From Bacteriovoracaceae bacterium (GTDB lineage: Bacteria; Bdellovibrionota; Bacteriovoracia; Bacteriovoracales; Bacteriovoracaceae): DNA of 20,000 nucleotides. The stretch covers positions 60,983 to 80,982 of the forward strand of contig JABIHA010000121.1 of assembly GCA_018649885.1 (NCBI GenBank), read 5' to 3'. The notes below the pieces were generated by a model. That model searched no databases. It was not told the DNA's origin and saw nothing but the letters and a program-made list of their open reading frames with translations. A program made the translations under genes and the position numbers. This document shows, in pieces, positions 1 to 9,485 of this stretch (position 1 is its first letter; each line of letters opens with the position of its first letter).

Positions 1-2
1 AT

Positions 3-860
3 TTTCTAGATCCTCTACAATACCGCTCACTTTACGAGTTTTTTAAAATCCAAACGACTTTACCTATAATGGTATTGAGTTTATTAGGTATAGCATTTTT
101 GATCAAAAATAGAAAAAAAGACAACCGTAACCTGGTTTTGATTTTCTGGACGATCACATTTTCAAGCTTACTATTCATATTATTTGGTGGAGATGCATCC
201 AAATACTATGGCTACAGTCGCTTTCACGGTTTAATATTTTTGCCTATTATTTTGATAGGCTTAATGGGAATGGCCGAGGTTGCCCAAAAATACCAATCCA
301 AGTGGGTCACGCCAATAATGGTAGTGCTCGGTATTTTTCTTTTCATGAAAACACCTAAAATAGATGAAAGAAATAGTTGGGGCACTCCCTTATATCAAAA
401 CTATGGAGAGAGCTACTTAGACATAGAAGGTTTGGTAAAATATTCTAATAAAATAGGTGCTAAATCCATTGCCTACTTTGAACTTCAGCTTCCACTTTGG
501 TTTTATAAAACAATGGCAAAATTCCCTCTCAGCATAGAAATTAATAACACTTTGAATAAAAGCCTAAACCTAAAATCTTATGATTATTTTGTTCATGCTC
601 AAAAAGAAAGTGATATCTGCCAAAAACTATCAAAGAAAGAATTCTCTCACATCAAACTTATTAAAAATTTTGATAGTTTGAAAAATGGAGCCTGTCTTTT
701 ACTATTTAAAAATCTAAATGGAAATAGTATTGAAATTGAAAAAAAATATCACCGCTGGAAAGCCTCGAGTGGAAATATGGCCATCGGCATAGATCCTCAG
801 AAAATTGCGAAGATCAAACAAGAGCTCTACTTTTGGCGAAAGACAGAACCAGCACTCTAG
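3..860 (+). CDS. C-terminal part of a multi-pass membrane protein, possibly a GT-C/ArnT-like glycosyltransferase; 5' end lies outside the window
   Basis: The frame is open from base 3 (FLDPLQYRSLYEFFKIQTTLPIM...). Several hydrophobic TM segments include an 'SRFHGLIFLPIIL' motif resembling the RY/F-x-LP segment of GT-C proteins, followed by a soluble domain. Confidence 0.55.
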   Translation, partial: FLDPLQYRSLYEFFKIQTTLPIMVLSLLGIAFLIKNRKKDNRNLVLIFWTITFSSLLFILFGGDASKYYGYSRFHGLIFLPIILIGLMGMAEVAQKYQSKWVTPIMVVLGIFLFMKTPKIDERNSWGTPLYQNYGESYLDIEGLVKYSNKIGAKSIAYFELQLPLWFYKTMAKFPLSIEINNTLNKSLNLKSYDYFVHAQKESDICQKLSKKEFSHIKLIKNFDSLKNGACLLLFKNLNGNSIEIEKKYHRWKASSGNMAIGIDPQKIAKIKQELYFWRKTEPAL

Positions 861-961
861 CTATTGTATGAAACAGGATCAATTTCCTGCACATGGCAAT
901 AACCCGAAGCCTTGGCATTAATAGCAAATATGAGAATTAAAACAAATAGAAGCGATTTCAC
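857..961 (-). CDS. Small secreted peptide (34 aa), not in the ORF track
   Basis: RBS AAGGAG lies 5 nt before a GTG start. Translation MKSLLFVLILIFAINAKASGYCHVQEIDPVSYNS* has a typical Sec signal peptide ending in A-K-A. Its stop overlaps the stop of the convergent upstream gene. Confidence 0.5.
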   Translation of the reverse strand: MKSLLFVLILIFAINAKASGYCHVQEIDPVSYNS

Positions 962-1097
962 GACAACTCCTTCTTATTTCTACCAAAAAACTACCAAATT
1001 TACCTGGACCCAAGGAATGACCCTCCTCAGAAATATTCAAGACAATTTATAGTTTAAAGATTAATCTTTGATAAGAAAAAGGATATTGACCTTGGTA

Positions 1098-1733
1098 ATG
1101 AGCTGCCCCCTATGTCTTGATACTAACCATTCTCTCTTTTATGAGGATAAAGCTAGAACTTACTATCAATGTGGGAATTGTTTTTTAATTTTCGTGCCCC
1201 CTAAGTTTTGGACTTCCCAGGTAGAAGAAAAAGAAATCTATGATCTCCACCAAAACTCTCCGCTTGATTTGGGATACCGAAAGTTTCTCTCTAGACTATT
1301 CGATCCACTCGTTAAAAAACTTACCCCCAACTCCAAGGGACTCGATTTTGGCTGCGGAAATGGTCCAACATTATCAGTTATGCTTGAAGAAAAGGGACAT
1401 TCGGTAGAGCTTTTCGATCTATACTACGCAAACGATCTAAAAGTATTTTCAAAAAAATATGACTTTATTGTGGCCACTGAAGTTATTGAACATCTTGGCA
1501 ATCCAAATCAAGAGATCACCAGATTAATAAGCCTTTTAAGGCCAGAAGGCTTACTTGGAGTCATGACAAAGCTGGCGAGAGACCAAAGTGCTTTTTCGAC
1601 CTGGCACTATAAAAATGACATCACTCACATCTGTTTTTACTCAGTGAAAACCTTTGAATGGATCGCCAAACACTGGTCCATGGAAATAGAATTTGTTGGA
1701 AATGATGTAGTGATTTTAAAGGCCTGCACATAG
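1098..1733 (+). CDS. Class I SAM-dependent methyltransferase with N-terminal Zn ribbon
   Basis: CPLC...CGNC Zn ribbon, motif I LDFGCGNG, 'YDFIVATEVIEH' and 'THICFYS'. The start is most likely the ATG at 1098 (MSCPLC) rather than the TTG at 1068. Confidence 0.85.
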   Translation: MSCPLCLDTNHSLFYEDKARTYYQCGNCFLIFVPPKFWTSQVEEKEIYDLHQNSPLDLGYRKFLSRLFDPLVKKLTPNSKGLDFGCGNGPTLSVMLEEKGHSVELFDLYYANDLKVFSKKYDFIVATEVIEHLGNPNQEITRLISLLRPEGLLGVMTKLARDQSAFSTWHYKNDITHICFYSVKTFEWIAKHWSMEIEFVGNDVVILKACT

Positions 1734-1743
1734 AAAACAGACC

Positions 1744-2415
1744 CTAGCTGGCCTTCCTTTTAATCGCCTTTCTAAGGCCTTCTTTTGATAATCCCAAAAC
1801 TCCAGATGCTTTTTGCTTATTGCCCCCAGTTTCCACCAAAGCAAGTGAGATCAACTTTTGCTCCAAGCGTTCTTTTTGTTTTTTTACATTTAAGTCATCA
1901 ATTTCAAAATGATGACTTTCAGATGATGTACTGAGTGCACTTAAACCACAAGAAAGAAGGTGGCCAACGAGTTCAAGTAAATCTAATTCATACTTTTCAA
2001 ATCTTCCGGATATTGAGTTCAAGGCCTGAATCACTCCAAAGGGATTCTCTGTGGTGCCTATAAGTGCACTGGCAATACACTCTGTTTTGTATTTGGTCTT
2101 TGTATCAATTTCTGGAAAAAAATCGGGGTGCCCGCTGGGGTCATTAACAAGTAGTGGTGCCTTATTTCTCCAGCAAAAGCCCACCACTCCCTTAGTCACG
2201 GGCAGTGAGATCTCTCCATTTTCAATACCAGTTCCGAGTTTTAAATCAAGCTGCTCCGTCTTGTGATTAAAAATAAAGACTGAAACTCTTTCAGCAAATA
2301 ATAGCTTTTGTGTGTAATTCACAAAGGGACGATAGAGGGCCACAGCAGACTTAGGTCCGTGAATAAGCTTACTTAGCTCTAGTAAATAAAACAATTTCTC
2401 TTGAAAATCGCTCAT
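1744..2415 (-). CDS. GAF domain + Fis-type HTH regulator, without a sigma54 AAA+ domain
   Basis: GAF signature (AERVSVFIFN...GVVGFC...LLVNDP...FFPEIDTKTKYKTECI...GVIQALN...F) is followed by a Fis HTH (ISLALVETGGNKQKASGVLGLSKEGLRKAIKR). The ATG at 2415 is preferred. Confidence 0.8.
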   Translation of the reverse strand: MSDFQEKLFYLLELSKLIHGPKSAVALYRPFVNYTQKLLFAERVSVFIFNHKTEQLDLKLGTGIENGEISLPVTKGVVGFCWRNKAPLLVNDPSGHPDFFPEIDTKTKYKTECIASALIGTTENPFGVIQALNSISGRFEKYELDLLELVGHLLSCGLSALSTSSESHHFEIDDLNVKKQKERLEQKLISLALVETGGNKQKASGVLGLSKEGLRKAIKRKAS

Positions 2416-2671
2416 AACTACTTGTCGGTTGGACGATGTACAACTTGAGTTTGCCCTTTGAACACTTTGCGATGACCAGGCCCAAGACACACGACAAACT
2501 TCCAGCTACTTGAGAGCTTATCCAATTTATCTGGGCGGGTTTCAGGCCTTTGGTAAATGAATTCTGATTGGATAAGAAACCTTTAACTATACTCCACATT
2601 ATTGAAATAATTCGAATTACGGTACATGAGTTGGATCAAGGCCTACCAAAGTGGTCAATAGACATAAAATA

Positions 2672-2759
2672 TAGGGGTGAAACGAAGAATCGAAAGATTC
2701 TTACCCTACGATAGCTGTATGTAAGTGGAAGTTACCAATCTCAATGTAGGGGCCATTGA
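2672..2759 (+). promoter_or_regulatory. Structured 5' leader with a GAAA-capped hairpin and a second hairpin
   Basis: AAGAATC-GAAA-GATTCTT (2685-2702) is closed by TAGGGGT/ACCCTA. A second hairpin is TCAATG-taggggc-CATTGA (2741-2759). Confidence 0.35.
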
Positions 2760-2793
2760 AGCAATAAACGGATTTCGCTTCAAAGGGGTCAAT

Positions 2794-3642
2794 ATGAAAG
2801 CATCACATCTTATGTCAATTTTACTAGCAGTTTTTTTAGTTTTTGCCACAGAGGCCAACTCTGCGTCTACAAAAAGATCAGCTAAATCCAAGCACAAAAA
2901 AGCACATCGAGGTAATCACAGAGGCGTTAAAAAAATGCTTAAAAAGTTTTACAAAAAACAAAGAAGAATCAGAAGACGCTACAAAAAACTTCATCTAGCT
3001 GGCAATGTAGGCCTAAAGGTAACGCAAATTGGAAGAGGCGAAAGGGAGAATAAAAGCGGCTTAGCTGCAAAGTCTCTCCTACTAAGAGGTGCCAATTTTT
3101 CGACTCAATTTTCAAGCTTACCACCAGAAATTGAAAAGGGATTGGTAGAAAGACTCAAAGGGGTTTATCTATACACGAGAATGAAAAATGAAAGCTCTGA
3201 GGCCCAAATAAGCCGATGTGACAAACTTGCACAAAACTCCATGCACAACCAAGACGCGCAAGTTTTTCTCTCCTTTGAAAACCTTAGATACCATCAAGTC
3301 TTTAGCAGTCTTATCAGGATTGTAAGGTACAAAATTAGATCTCTAAAATGGGGAAAAAGAAGAGCTTTGTACAAGAAATGGAAGACAAAAAGAAAGCATA
3401 GAAGAACAAAGCTGTCGTGGAGAAGGTTTTACCGCAAATTTTATAGAGTTAAAATTGGTAAAAAAGAGATTAAAAAGATTTTAAAAAGTGTTGAAGGAAA
3501 ATTTTTCACCAAAGGTTATCTCTATATTAATGTAGACGCAGGCCCTGTCAGCTGTACTAGTACTAATCCTGAAATAAGTGCAGTAGAAGAGGTTGAAGAG
3601 CATGAAGAAAAAGAACACGGTAAAGCTAAAAAAAATGATTAA
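2794..3642 (+). CDS. Hypothetical secreted, extremely Lys/Arg-rich protein
   Basis: RBS AAGGGG precedes the ATG at 2794. Signal peptide MKASHLMSILLAVFLVFATEANSA is followed by two long polybasic tracts and an acidic C-terminal tail. Confidence 0.7.
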   Translation: MKASHLMSILLAVFLVFATEANSASTKRSAKSKHKKAHRGNHRGVKKMLKKFYKKQRRIRRRYKKLHLAGNVGLKVTQIGRGERENKSGLAAKSLLLRGANFSTQFSSLPPEIEKGLVERLKGVYLYTRMKNESSEAQISRCDKLAQNSMHNQDAQVFLSFENLRYHQVFSSLIRIVRYKIRSLKWGKRRALYKKWKTKRKHRRTKLSWRRFYRKFYRVKIGKKEIKKILKSVEGKFFTKGYLYINVDAGPVSCTSTNPEISAVEEVEEHEEKEHGKAKKND

Positions 3643-3659
3643 TTCTTAAAGTTATTCTC

Positions 3660-3686
3660 CCCCACTATGCTTAAAGCATGGTGGGG
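3660..3686. terminator. GC-rich hairpin, probable terminator
   Basis: CCCCACTATGC-ttaaa-GCATGGTGGGG begins 18 nt after the stop at 3642. The U-tract on the + strand is weak. Confidence 0.5.
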
Positions 3687-3780
3687 CCAAAAAGTAGCAT
3701 TCTTTTCATTAAATAATTGTTAGTTTAGTATACTTGGCATGTTTATTGCTCTATTTCATAAAGAGAAAACTGAGGTGAAT

Positions 3781-3930
3781 ATGAATAAAATTGCTGAATT
3801 ACTACATATACTTCTACTGGTCGTAGGCATCACATTGGTGGCCGCCACACATTCACCAAAGAAGCATTTCAAATCAAAGTCGCGCTCTATCCAAAGAATG
3901 GGGTACAAGGTGCATTTTGAAAATTACTAG
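3781..3930 (+). CDS. Small membrane-anchored basic protein (49 aa)
   Basis: RBS GAGGTG precedes the ATG at 3781. One hydrophobic helix is followed by a basic tail. Confidence 0.5.
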   Translation: MNKIAELLHILLLVVGITLVAATHSPKKHFKSKSRSIQRMGYKVHFENY

Positions 3931-3954
3931 GTGGTGTTTAAAGAACTCAGAAGC

Positions 3955-4824
3955 TTATTTAATCACATTATTAAATCTGCTATAGTCCATAAGCTTGTTT
4001 CCATTTGAATCTGTAATCAAAATATCCTCAAACTTTTTTGCCTTCATAATATGATCAGAAGTGTAAATATGTCTGCCATGCACTGTTTGAGAAAATACAT
4101 CTTCGATTCCTGTAAACGATAGAACAAATAGTGCTTCTCTATTTTGAATGTCATCAATACTCATGCCAAATATTGGGCTCTGCTCATCAATTTTGTGCAC
4201 CACCAACCAACTGAGAGTAAAGAGTGGAGTACGAGATCTCATTAGCTCTAGGTCGTAGATCCTTTTCATTTCGACTCCCTCTTTTGAGGTCTCAGGCAAA
4301 ACAACAACACTTTTAATATTAGCATCGACAATATGGGTGGCACGAGCGTTACCAAGACGAAACATCAAAGTCTTCTCACCCTCATATTCAGTGATTATCA
4401 TATCCTTTGAAAATAAAACTTTGGATGTTGGCCTTGAAAAACGAGCAAAGGCCATCCCCGTAGAGATGGCCACAAAGAGTATTCCAGACAAAGAATCAAA
4501 TACGACAATCAAGTGAGCGTACATCGTTTTGGGAAGAAAATATCCATACCCTAGAGTGGTACTAGTTTGAAAACTAAAAATCCATGCGTCCCAATAAGAC
4601 TTAGGGTTGGCATTTAAAATACTATCTCCACCCAAAAAATAAAGAGTTGCAAATAAACTATTAATACACAGATATAGTAACGTAAAAATTACAAAATAAT
4701 GGCCCCAGCTAATTCGCATCAGAGTATGGTACCAATCATCCATAAATTTTTTCTGAATTCCTGTTCGCTTTAGATTAAAGCTGCCATCAGAGTTTATCAG
4801 TGATTTTGTTGGTGAGTTCGACAT
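3955..4824 (-). CDS. Inward-rectifier potassium channel (KirBac family)
   Basis: DxYH...ISW slide helix, FSFQTSTTLGYG selectivity filter, FARFSRP gate and an LMFRLGNAR cytoplasmic domain. Confidence 0.92.
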   Translation of the reverse strand: MSNSPTKSLINSDGSFNLKRTGIQKKFMDDWYHTLMRISWGHYFVIFTLLYLCINSLFATLYFLGGDSILNANPKSYWDAWIFSFQTSTTLGYGYFLPKTMYAHLIVVFDSLSGILFVAISTGMAFARFSRPTSKVLFSKDMIITEYEGEKTLMFRLGNARATHIVDANIKSVVVLPETSKEGVEMKRIYDLELMRSRTPLFTLSWLVVHKIDEQSPIFGMSIDDIQNREALFVLSFTGIEDVFSQTVHGRHIYTSDHIMKAKKFEDILITDSNGNKLMDYSRFNNVIK

Positions 4825-4877
4825 TAGTAAACGATAATTCCAATATTGTGTTGTCGCAACTTAAATCTTGTTTTGCA

Positions 4878-5801
4878 CTAATTTGAAGCCTTTAAAAAAC
4901 TATTAACCAAAGTATTCACAACTTGTTCTTTTTCTATAAGAGGCAAGTGACGGGTCTCTGGAATTGAATGAAACTGAACTCTTTTTATCGCCTCTAATAC
5001 AAATTTATGTCCTTCAAAAGGAGTAACCTGATCTCCTTCTCCCCAAATCAGTAAAACTGGATACTCAGCCTTGCCCACTTCTGAATAAAATTCTTTGACA
5101 TCGTTCAATGGGAAATACTTTAGAGTAGACAAAAGTGAGGCCTTAAAACCCAGATACCCCATTTGGATCTTCATTTTTTCTTTGAGATCTAAAAAATTTT
5201 CTGGTTTCATAAAGCACTTGGAAAATCCCTTAAAAACAATTTGTCTCCCCAGCACATGGGTAAGATAACTACCGAGAAATGGAAGCTTCAACAGTCCTGC
5301 AATTTTTGGCGTATTTGAAGCAGCCCCGGCCGGATCAATTAGAGTTAAACTGTTTATCAATTGAGGGTGAGAAGCAGCAAAGTGAGTACTTATAGCTCCT
5401 CCCATGGAAAGGCCCACCAGATGATTTTTTTTATCGATACCCACTTTTTCAATCAACTCTATTAACTGTCTTTCAAAGAAAGCGCTGTCATAAGCCTTTT
5501 TAGGTCGATCAGAGTATCCTCTTCCATATAAATCATAGCGGAGTACACGAAAACCAGAGTCCACTAGATCACGAGTTAAGGCGTCCCATATGAAGCTAGG
5601 GGTACTAAAGCCATGAACCAAAATGACTTGGGGGTCTGAATCATTGCCACTCACTTGGTAATAAACATGCCCATCACTAAGTTGACAAAAATCTCCTCCT
5701 ATAATCTCCCTTTCTTTTGAATCAAGAACTTTCTTCTCATCGTTAAAAAGAAAAATAGTAAAAATGAATGCAACCGCAATAATTACAGCTACCAGGGCCA
5801 T
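4878..5801 (-). CDS. Membrane-anchored alpha/beta-fold hydrolase
   Basis: HGF oxyanion motif, DLYGRGYS, GLSMGG nucleophile elbow, WGEGD acid and C-terminal His, with an N-terminal TM anchor. Confidence 0.9.
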   Translation of the reverse strand: MALVAVIIAVAFIFTIFLFNDEKKVLDSKEREIIGGDFCQLSDGHVYYQVSGNDSDPQVILVHGFSTPSFIWDALTRDLVDSGFRVLRYDLYGRGYSDRPKKAYDSAFFERQLIELIEKVGIDKKNHLVGLSMGGAISTHFAASHPQLINSLTLIDPAGAASNTPKIAGLLKLPFLGSYLTHVLGRQIVFKGFSKCFMKPENFLDLKEKMKIQMGYLGFKASLLSTLKYFPLNDVKEFYSEVGKAEYPVLLIWGEGDQVTPFEGHKFVLEAIKRVQFHSIPETRHLPLIEKEQVVNTLVNSFLKASN

Positions 5802-5998
5802 CTCATTCTCCGTGTAAATTTAAATGGTTGCTCTCGAGCTACTGCATGTCAATAAATCTCGGTATCTGTTTGCGAAAAAAACATATTCACTCAGCGCTGC
5901 ATCAAAGAGTCAAGCCTTTGAATTTTTTGTAAAATGTCTGTATCCACAACTTGCGTGAATTGATTTAATATTAATTATTCGTAGCAAGTGGGAAGCTC

Positions 5999-6925
5999 TT
6001 GACAGGTAGAACTCAGAATTGGAAAGAAAACAGACAGAGGATTGAGTCCCTTATTTCTTCGGCAAAGGGTTCGCTCAACCCCTTTTCATTAGAATGGGAT
6101 TTTGTAGAAACATTTAAACGTCCAATAATTTTAATGAGCAAGCTTACAGGAATTTATGGAAAGGGATTTAGGAATTCACTTGATATTCGTGTAAAGAAAA
6201 TTGACTGGGAATTTAATGAGCTTCCCAAAAACTTTCACAATTTCAAAATTCTTCACATCTCCGACTTACATTTAGACGAAAGACCAGACTTAGTGGATAA
6301 AATCTGCTCCCTTATTGAGGGGCAAAACTTTGATATAGCGGTTTTAACAGGAGATTTTTACTGTACCGCAAATTCAAAGGAGCAAGACCAATTAAAGGAA
6401 ATCTCAGAAAGAATAAAGCAAATCACGAGTTGTTACTCCACAACTAACGGAAACTTTGCCATCCTTGGAAATCACGATGGCCTGGCCATTATAGAACACT
6501 TAGAAAATATTGGTCTAAATCTACTCATAAATCAAAAAGTCGACCTAGAGATCTCAGGACAAAAACTAAGAATCATTGGAGTCGATGATCCTCACCTATT
6601 CTACAATCAAGAAATCAAACAGACATTAATGGAAGGCCAGGAACACTTTAGTATCGCTTTAGTTCATTCACCTGAGGCCTTTGACTATGCTGAAGCAGGT
6701 GGCTGTAATTTCTATCTATGTGGTCATACCCATGGAGGTCAAATTTGTCTTCCCGGTGGAAGGCCAGTTTTAACTCACTTGAAAAGAGGAAAAAAGTTTT
6801 CATCTGGCTCGTGGAGTTACAAATCAATGAAAGGCCATACTTCAAAAGGAGTGGGAACAACAGACGTTCCTCTACGCTTTTTCTGCCCCCCAGAATTAGT
6901 TATTCACACATTGAAGTCTATTTAA
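5999..6925 (+). CDS. Calcineurin-like metallophosphoesterase (YkuE/YaeI-like)
   Basis: SDLH, TGDF, GNHD, HSP and GHTHGGQ motifs. The start codon is uncertain (TTG at 5999). Confidence 0.9.
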   Translation: MTGRTQNWKENRQRIESLISSAKGSLNPFSLEWDFVETFKRPIILMSKLTGIYGKGFRNSLDIRVKKIDWEFNELPKNFHNFKILHISDLHLDERPDLVDKICSLIEGQNFDIAVLTGDFYCTANSKEQDQLKEISERIKQITSCYSTTNGNFAILGNHDGLAIIEHLENIGLNLLINQKVDLEISGQKLRIIGVDDPHLFYNQEIKQTLMEGQEHFSIALVHSPEAFDYAEAGGCNFYLCGHTHGGQICLPGGRPVLTHLKRGKKFSSGSWSYKSMKGHTSKGVGTTDVPLRFFCPPELVIHTLKSI

Positions 6926-8742
6926 GATTCATGACTTATAGGTAGAGTAATGGTGAATTTTGAGCCTTCACCTTCAACAGATTCTGCATGGACTGAACCC
7001 TCGTGCACAAGAGCAATGTTTTTAACAATACTTAGACCCAGACCTGAGCCCCCAAGCTCCCTGCATCTCGCTTTATCAACAGAGTAAAACCGCTCAAAAA
7101 TTCGCTCTAGATGAACTTTCGATATACCTGGCCCTTGATCTGCAACTACAATGCTAATAGTTTTCTCAACTTCATTGGGTCTAAGTGTAATGGAAATATT
7201 GGTTTTTTCATCACTATACTTGATGGCATTATCAATCAAATTAAGCACGGCCTGTTCTATCAGTCGTGAGTTGACTGATACCAAAGCATCCCCTTTAGAG
7301 TCTACTTTCAAATTAATTTCTTTATGCTTTGCTTTGGCCTCACAGGCAGAGGCAGCATTTTCAATTATAGGAGCTAGTTCAGTGAGCTCTATTTGGACTG
7401 ATTTTTGATCCCTTTCAATATCGAGCTCAGATAGTGCTAATAAGTCTTCAGTAATTTGACGAAGCCTTTCGGAGTTTCTTTTAATAATTAATAAAAATTC
7501 ATTTCGGGTTTCATCTGAATCAATTTCCCCTGCGAGCAATATATCGACGTACCCGTGAATAGAAGTAAGAGGAGTTCTTAACTCATGACTAACATTGGCC
7601 ACAAAATCTTTACGATGATTTTCTAGTTTTACAATACGAGTAATATCATTAAATACCATCAAGATACCTAAATCATCACCATTAAATTGTTTTAATATAC
7701 TGCCGTGTACTTGCAGATATTTTCCATTTCGAAGCTCAATTTCCTCTTCTATGACCGAGCTTTGTTCTTTAACTTGATCAATGAAATAATAAATCTGATT
7801 ATTATCAAAGACATCTAAAAGTGGAACTCCCTTATAGTCATGTGAATAGGGAACATCAAAAAAATTACATACGGCCTCATTTAAATGAAAAATACCACCG
7901 TCCATATAAACAGAAAGTACCCCTTCAGACATTCCACTAAAGATCGCCTCTCTCTCATTACGCTGACCTTGTATTTTCTTAAAAAGACTTCCAAGCTTCT
8001 TTGCCATTTCGTTTAATGAATGAACAAGTGAGTTGATTTCAAATGTGTCATTTGAATTAACTGGAATACTTTCGCTAAAGTTACCGAGGGCATAGTCAGA
8101 TGCTTTTTCTTGAATTCGGTAGAGAGAAGAGCTTACTCTTTTTGAAGTTAATGTTAGCAAAATAGTAAAAAGCACCCCCAAAATCATAGTTCCCCAAAAA
8201 ACTTTGTAAGTGTAACTCCAAAGTGCTGGTCTCAAAGCATGAGTTGTGTATGAGTGCCTAAGTACGGCCAATACTTTACCGTTGTCGAAAAGAGGAACAG
8301 CAACATAAATGGAGTCCTCATTAAGACTATCACTAAATCGCCGAATTCTTGCGACATTACCTTTTAAAGCTTCAATGACTTCAGGTCTTTTTCCGTGATC
8401 ATCGAGCAAGTCTGGGTTTTTCGAACTATCAGCAATGACTCTCCCATCAATTAATATCACTGAGATCCTCTGCTGACTTTCGCGAGCTCTCTGGTCAATA
8501 AATCCCCTTAATTTTTTGATATCCTTCACTTTTATGTAGCCAAGAACCGGCTTTTTTAAAACAGTGGCCATATTCTTTAAATGCAGAGTTTTCTCATCGT
8601 GATAGAAATTTTTAAAATGGTAACGGCCTAGATAAAGCAGCGCTAGAAAACCTGTTAGTGATAAAATCAAAAACTTAGGAAATAATTTTCGAAATAGCGT
8701 TGGCTTTCTCATGATTTTTTTGATGGTAATATTACCGCTCAT
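6922..8742 (-). CDS. phoR: PhoR-like sensor histidine kinase (TM-Cache-TM-HAMP-PAS-HisKA-HATPase)
   Basis: Periplasmic 'HGKRPEVIEAL' motif typical of deltaproteobacterial and Gram-positive PhoR. H-box RKDFVANVSHELRTPLTSI, N-box NLIDNAIKY, G-boxes DQGPGI and GGSGLGLSIVK. Confidence 0.75.
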   Translation of the reverse strand: MSGNITIKKIMRKPTLFRKLFPKFLILSLTGFLALLYLGRYHFKNFYHDEKTLHLKNMATVLKKPVLGYIKVKDIKKLRGFIDQRARESQQRISVILIDGRVIADSSKNPDLLDDHGKRPEVIEALKGNVARIRRFSDSLNEDSIYVAVPLFDNGKVLAVLRHSYTTHALRPALWSYTYKVFWGTMILGVLFTILLTLTSKRVSSSLYRIQEKASDYALGNFSESIPVNSNDTFEINSLVHSLNEMAKKLGSLFKKIQGQRNEREAIFSGMSEGVLSVYMDGGIFHLNEAVCNFFDVPYSHDYKGVPLLDVFDNNQIYYFIDQVKEQSSVIEEEIELRNGKYLQVHGSILKQFNGDDLGILMVFNDITRIVKLENHRKDFVANVSHELRTPLTSIHGYVDILLAGEIDSDETRNEFLLIIKRNSERLRQITEDLLALSELDIERDQKSVQIELTELAPIIENAASACEAKAKHKEINLKVDSKGDALVSVNSRLIEQAVLNLIDNAIKYSDEKTNISITLRPNEVEKTISIVVADQGPGISKVHLERIFERFYSVDKARCRELGGSGLGLSIVKNIALVHEGSVHAESVEGEGSKFTITLPISHES

Positions 8743-8951
8743 TCCTAGCTGCTAAAAAAGTTTAAAACTGTATGATATATTTATACCTTCAATGATAAAG
8801 GTATCTATAACTCATTGTAAATCGTGATAATTAAAGAAATATTGGGTTCTTAACTACTGATTTCCTTAACCGTTAACTATTTCTCCAAACAATTACTTCT
8901 GACTCTAAGATATCATGAGCGTACCTTTCACCAACCATTTAGGAGATCGCT

Positions 8952-9485
8952 ATGAAGTATTTTATCATATTAATTCTATCAATTAGCTCATTTAGTCTAC
9001 TAGCTGCAGCTGAACGCTTTACCGCAATTCAAAGAGATGGGGCCAATGTCAATATTAACTGCAGGACTTCAAGCTCTAGCTCCCAATTCCAAAGGGCCGA
9101 ATATGATTGGGAACTCGAACTTGATAAGCTCACAGCTGCCGAGTGGGCGCAATTTGAAACAAACTATGAAGCTGGTAGCTCTTACGTAACACTTACAATT
9201 GATACCAATACTTTTAGTAGTGGCCCAGTTTTAGCAGCTAATGGTGGTAAATACTCTCTTTCTATAATTGATAGCAGTGGAGTAGAGTTTGCAGTTGCAA
9301 GTGATATTTCAGTATATGATGGGAAATACGAACTCAATCTTGACCCAAGCTTGATAGGCGAGCTTATGCAAAGTGACACAATCTCGCTACGTGTCTCAGG
9401 TTTTGCCTTTGTTACTTGCGGGCGCTTTAATTCAGGACAAGCTCAATCAAATTACTATGCCAGAGGTGTTCATTTATATTACTAA
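8952..9485 (+). CDS. Hypothetical secreted protein
   Basis: RBS AGGAG and an N-terminal signal peptide; no recognisable family. Confidence 0.7.
   Translation: MKYFIILILSISSFSLLAAAERFTAIQRDGANVNINCRTSSSSSQFQRAEYDWELELDKLTAAEWAQFETNYEAGSSYVTLTIDTNTFSSGPVLAANGGKYSLSIIDSSGVEFAVASDISVYDGKYELNLDPSLIGELMQSDTISLRVSGFAFVTCGRFNSGQAQSNYYARGVHLYY

Noticed and set aside
2369..2599. 76-aa minus-strand ORF, and GGGCAAAC suggesting a c-di-GMP-I riboswitch
   Set aside because: The ORF overlaps the GAF gene and has no clear RBS or motif. The riboswitch GAAA stem and GACGCAAA are absent.
5940..5948. DnaA-box-like GTATCCACA
   Set aside because: Single mismatched copy with no origin context.
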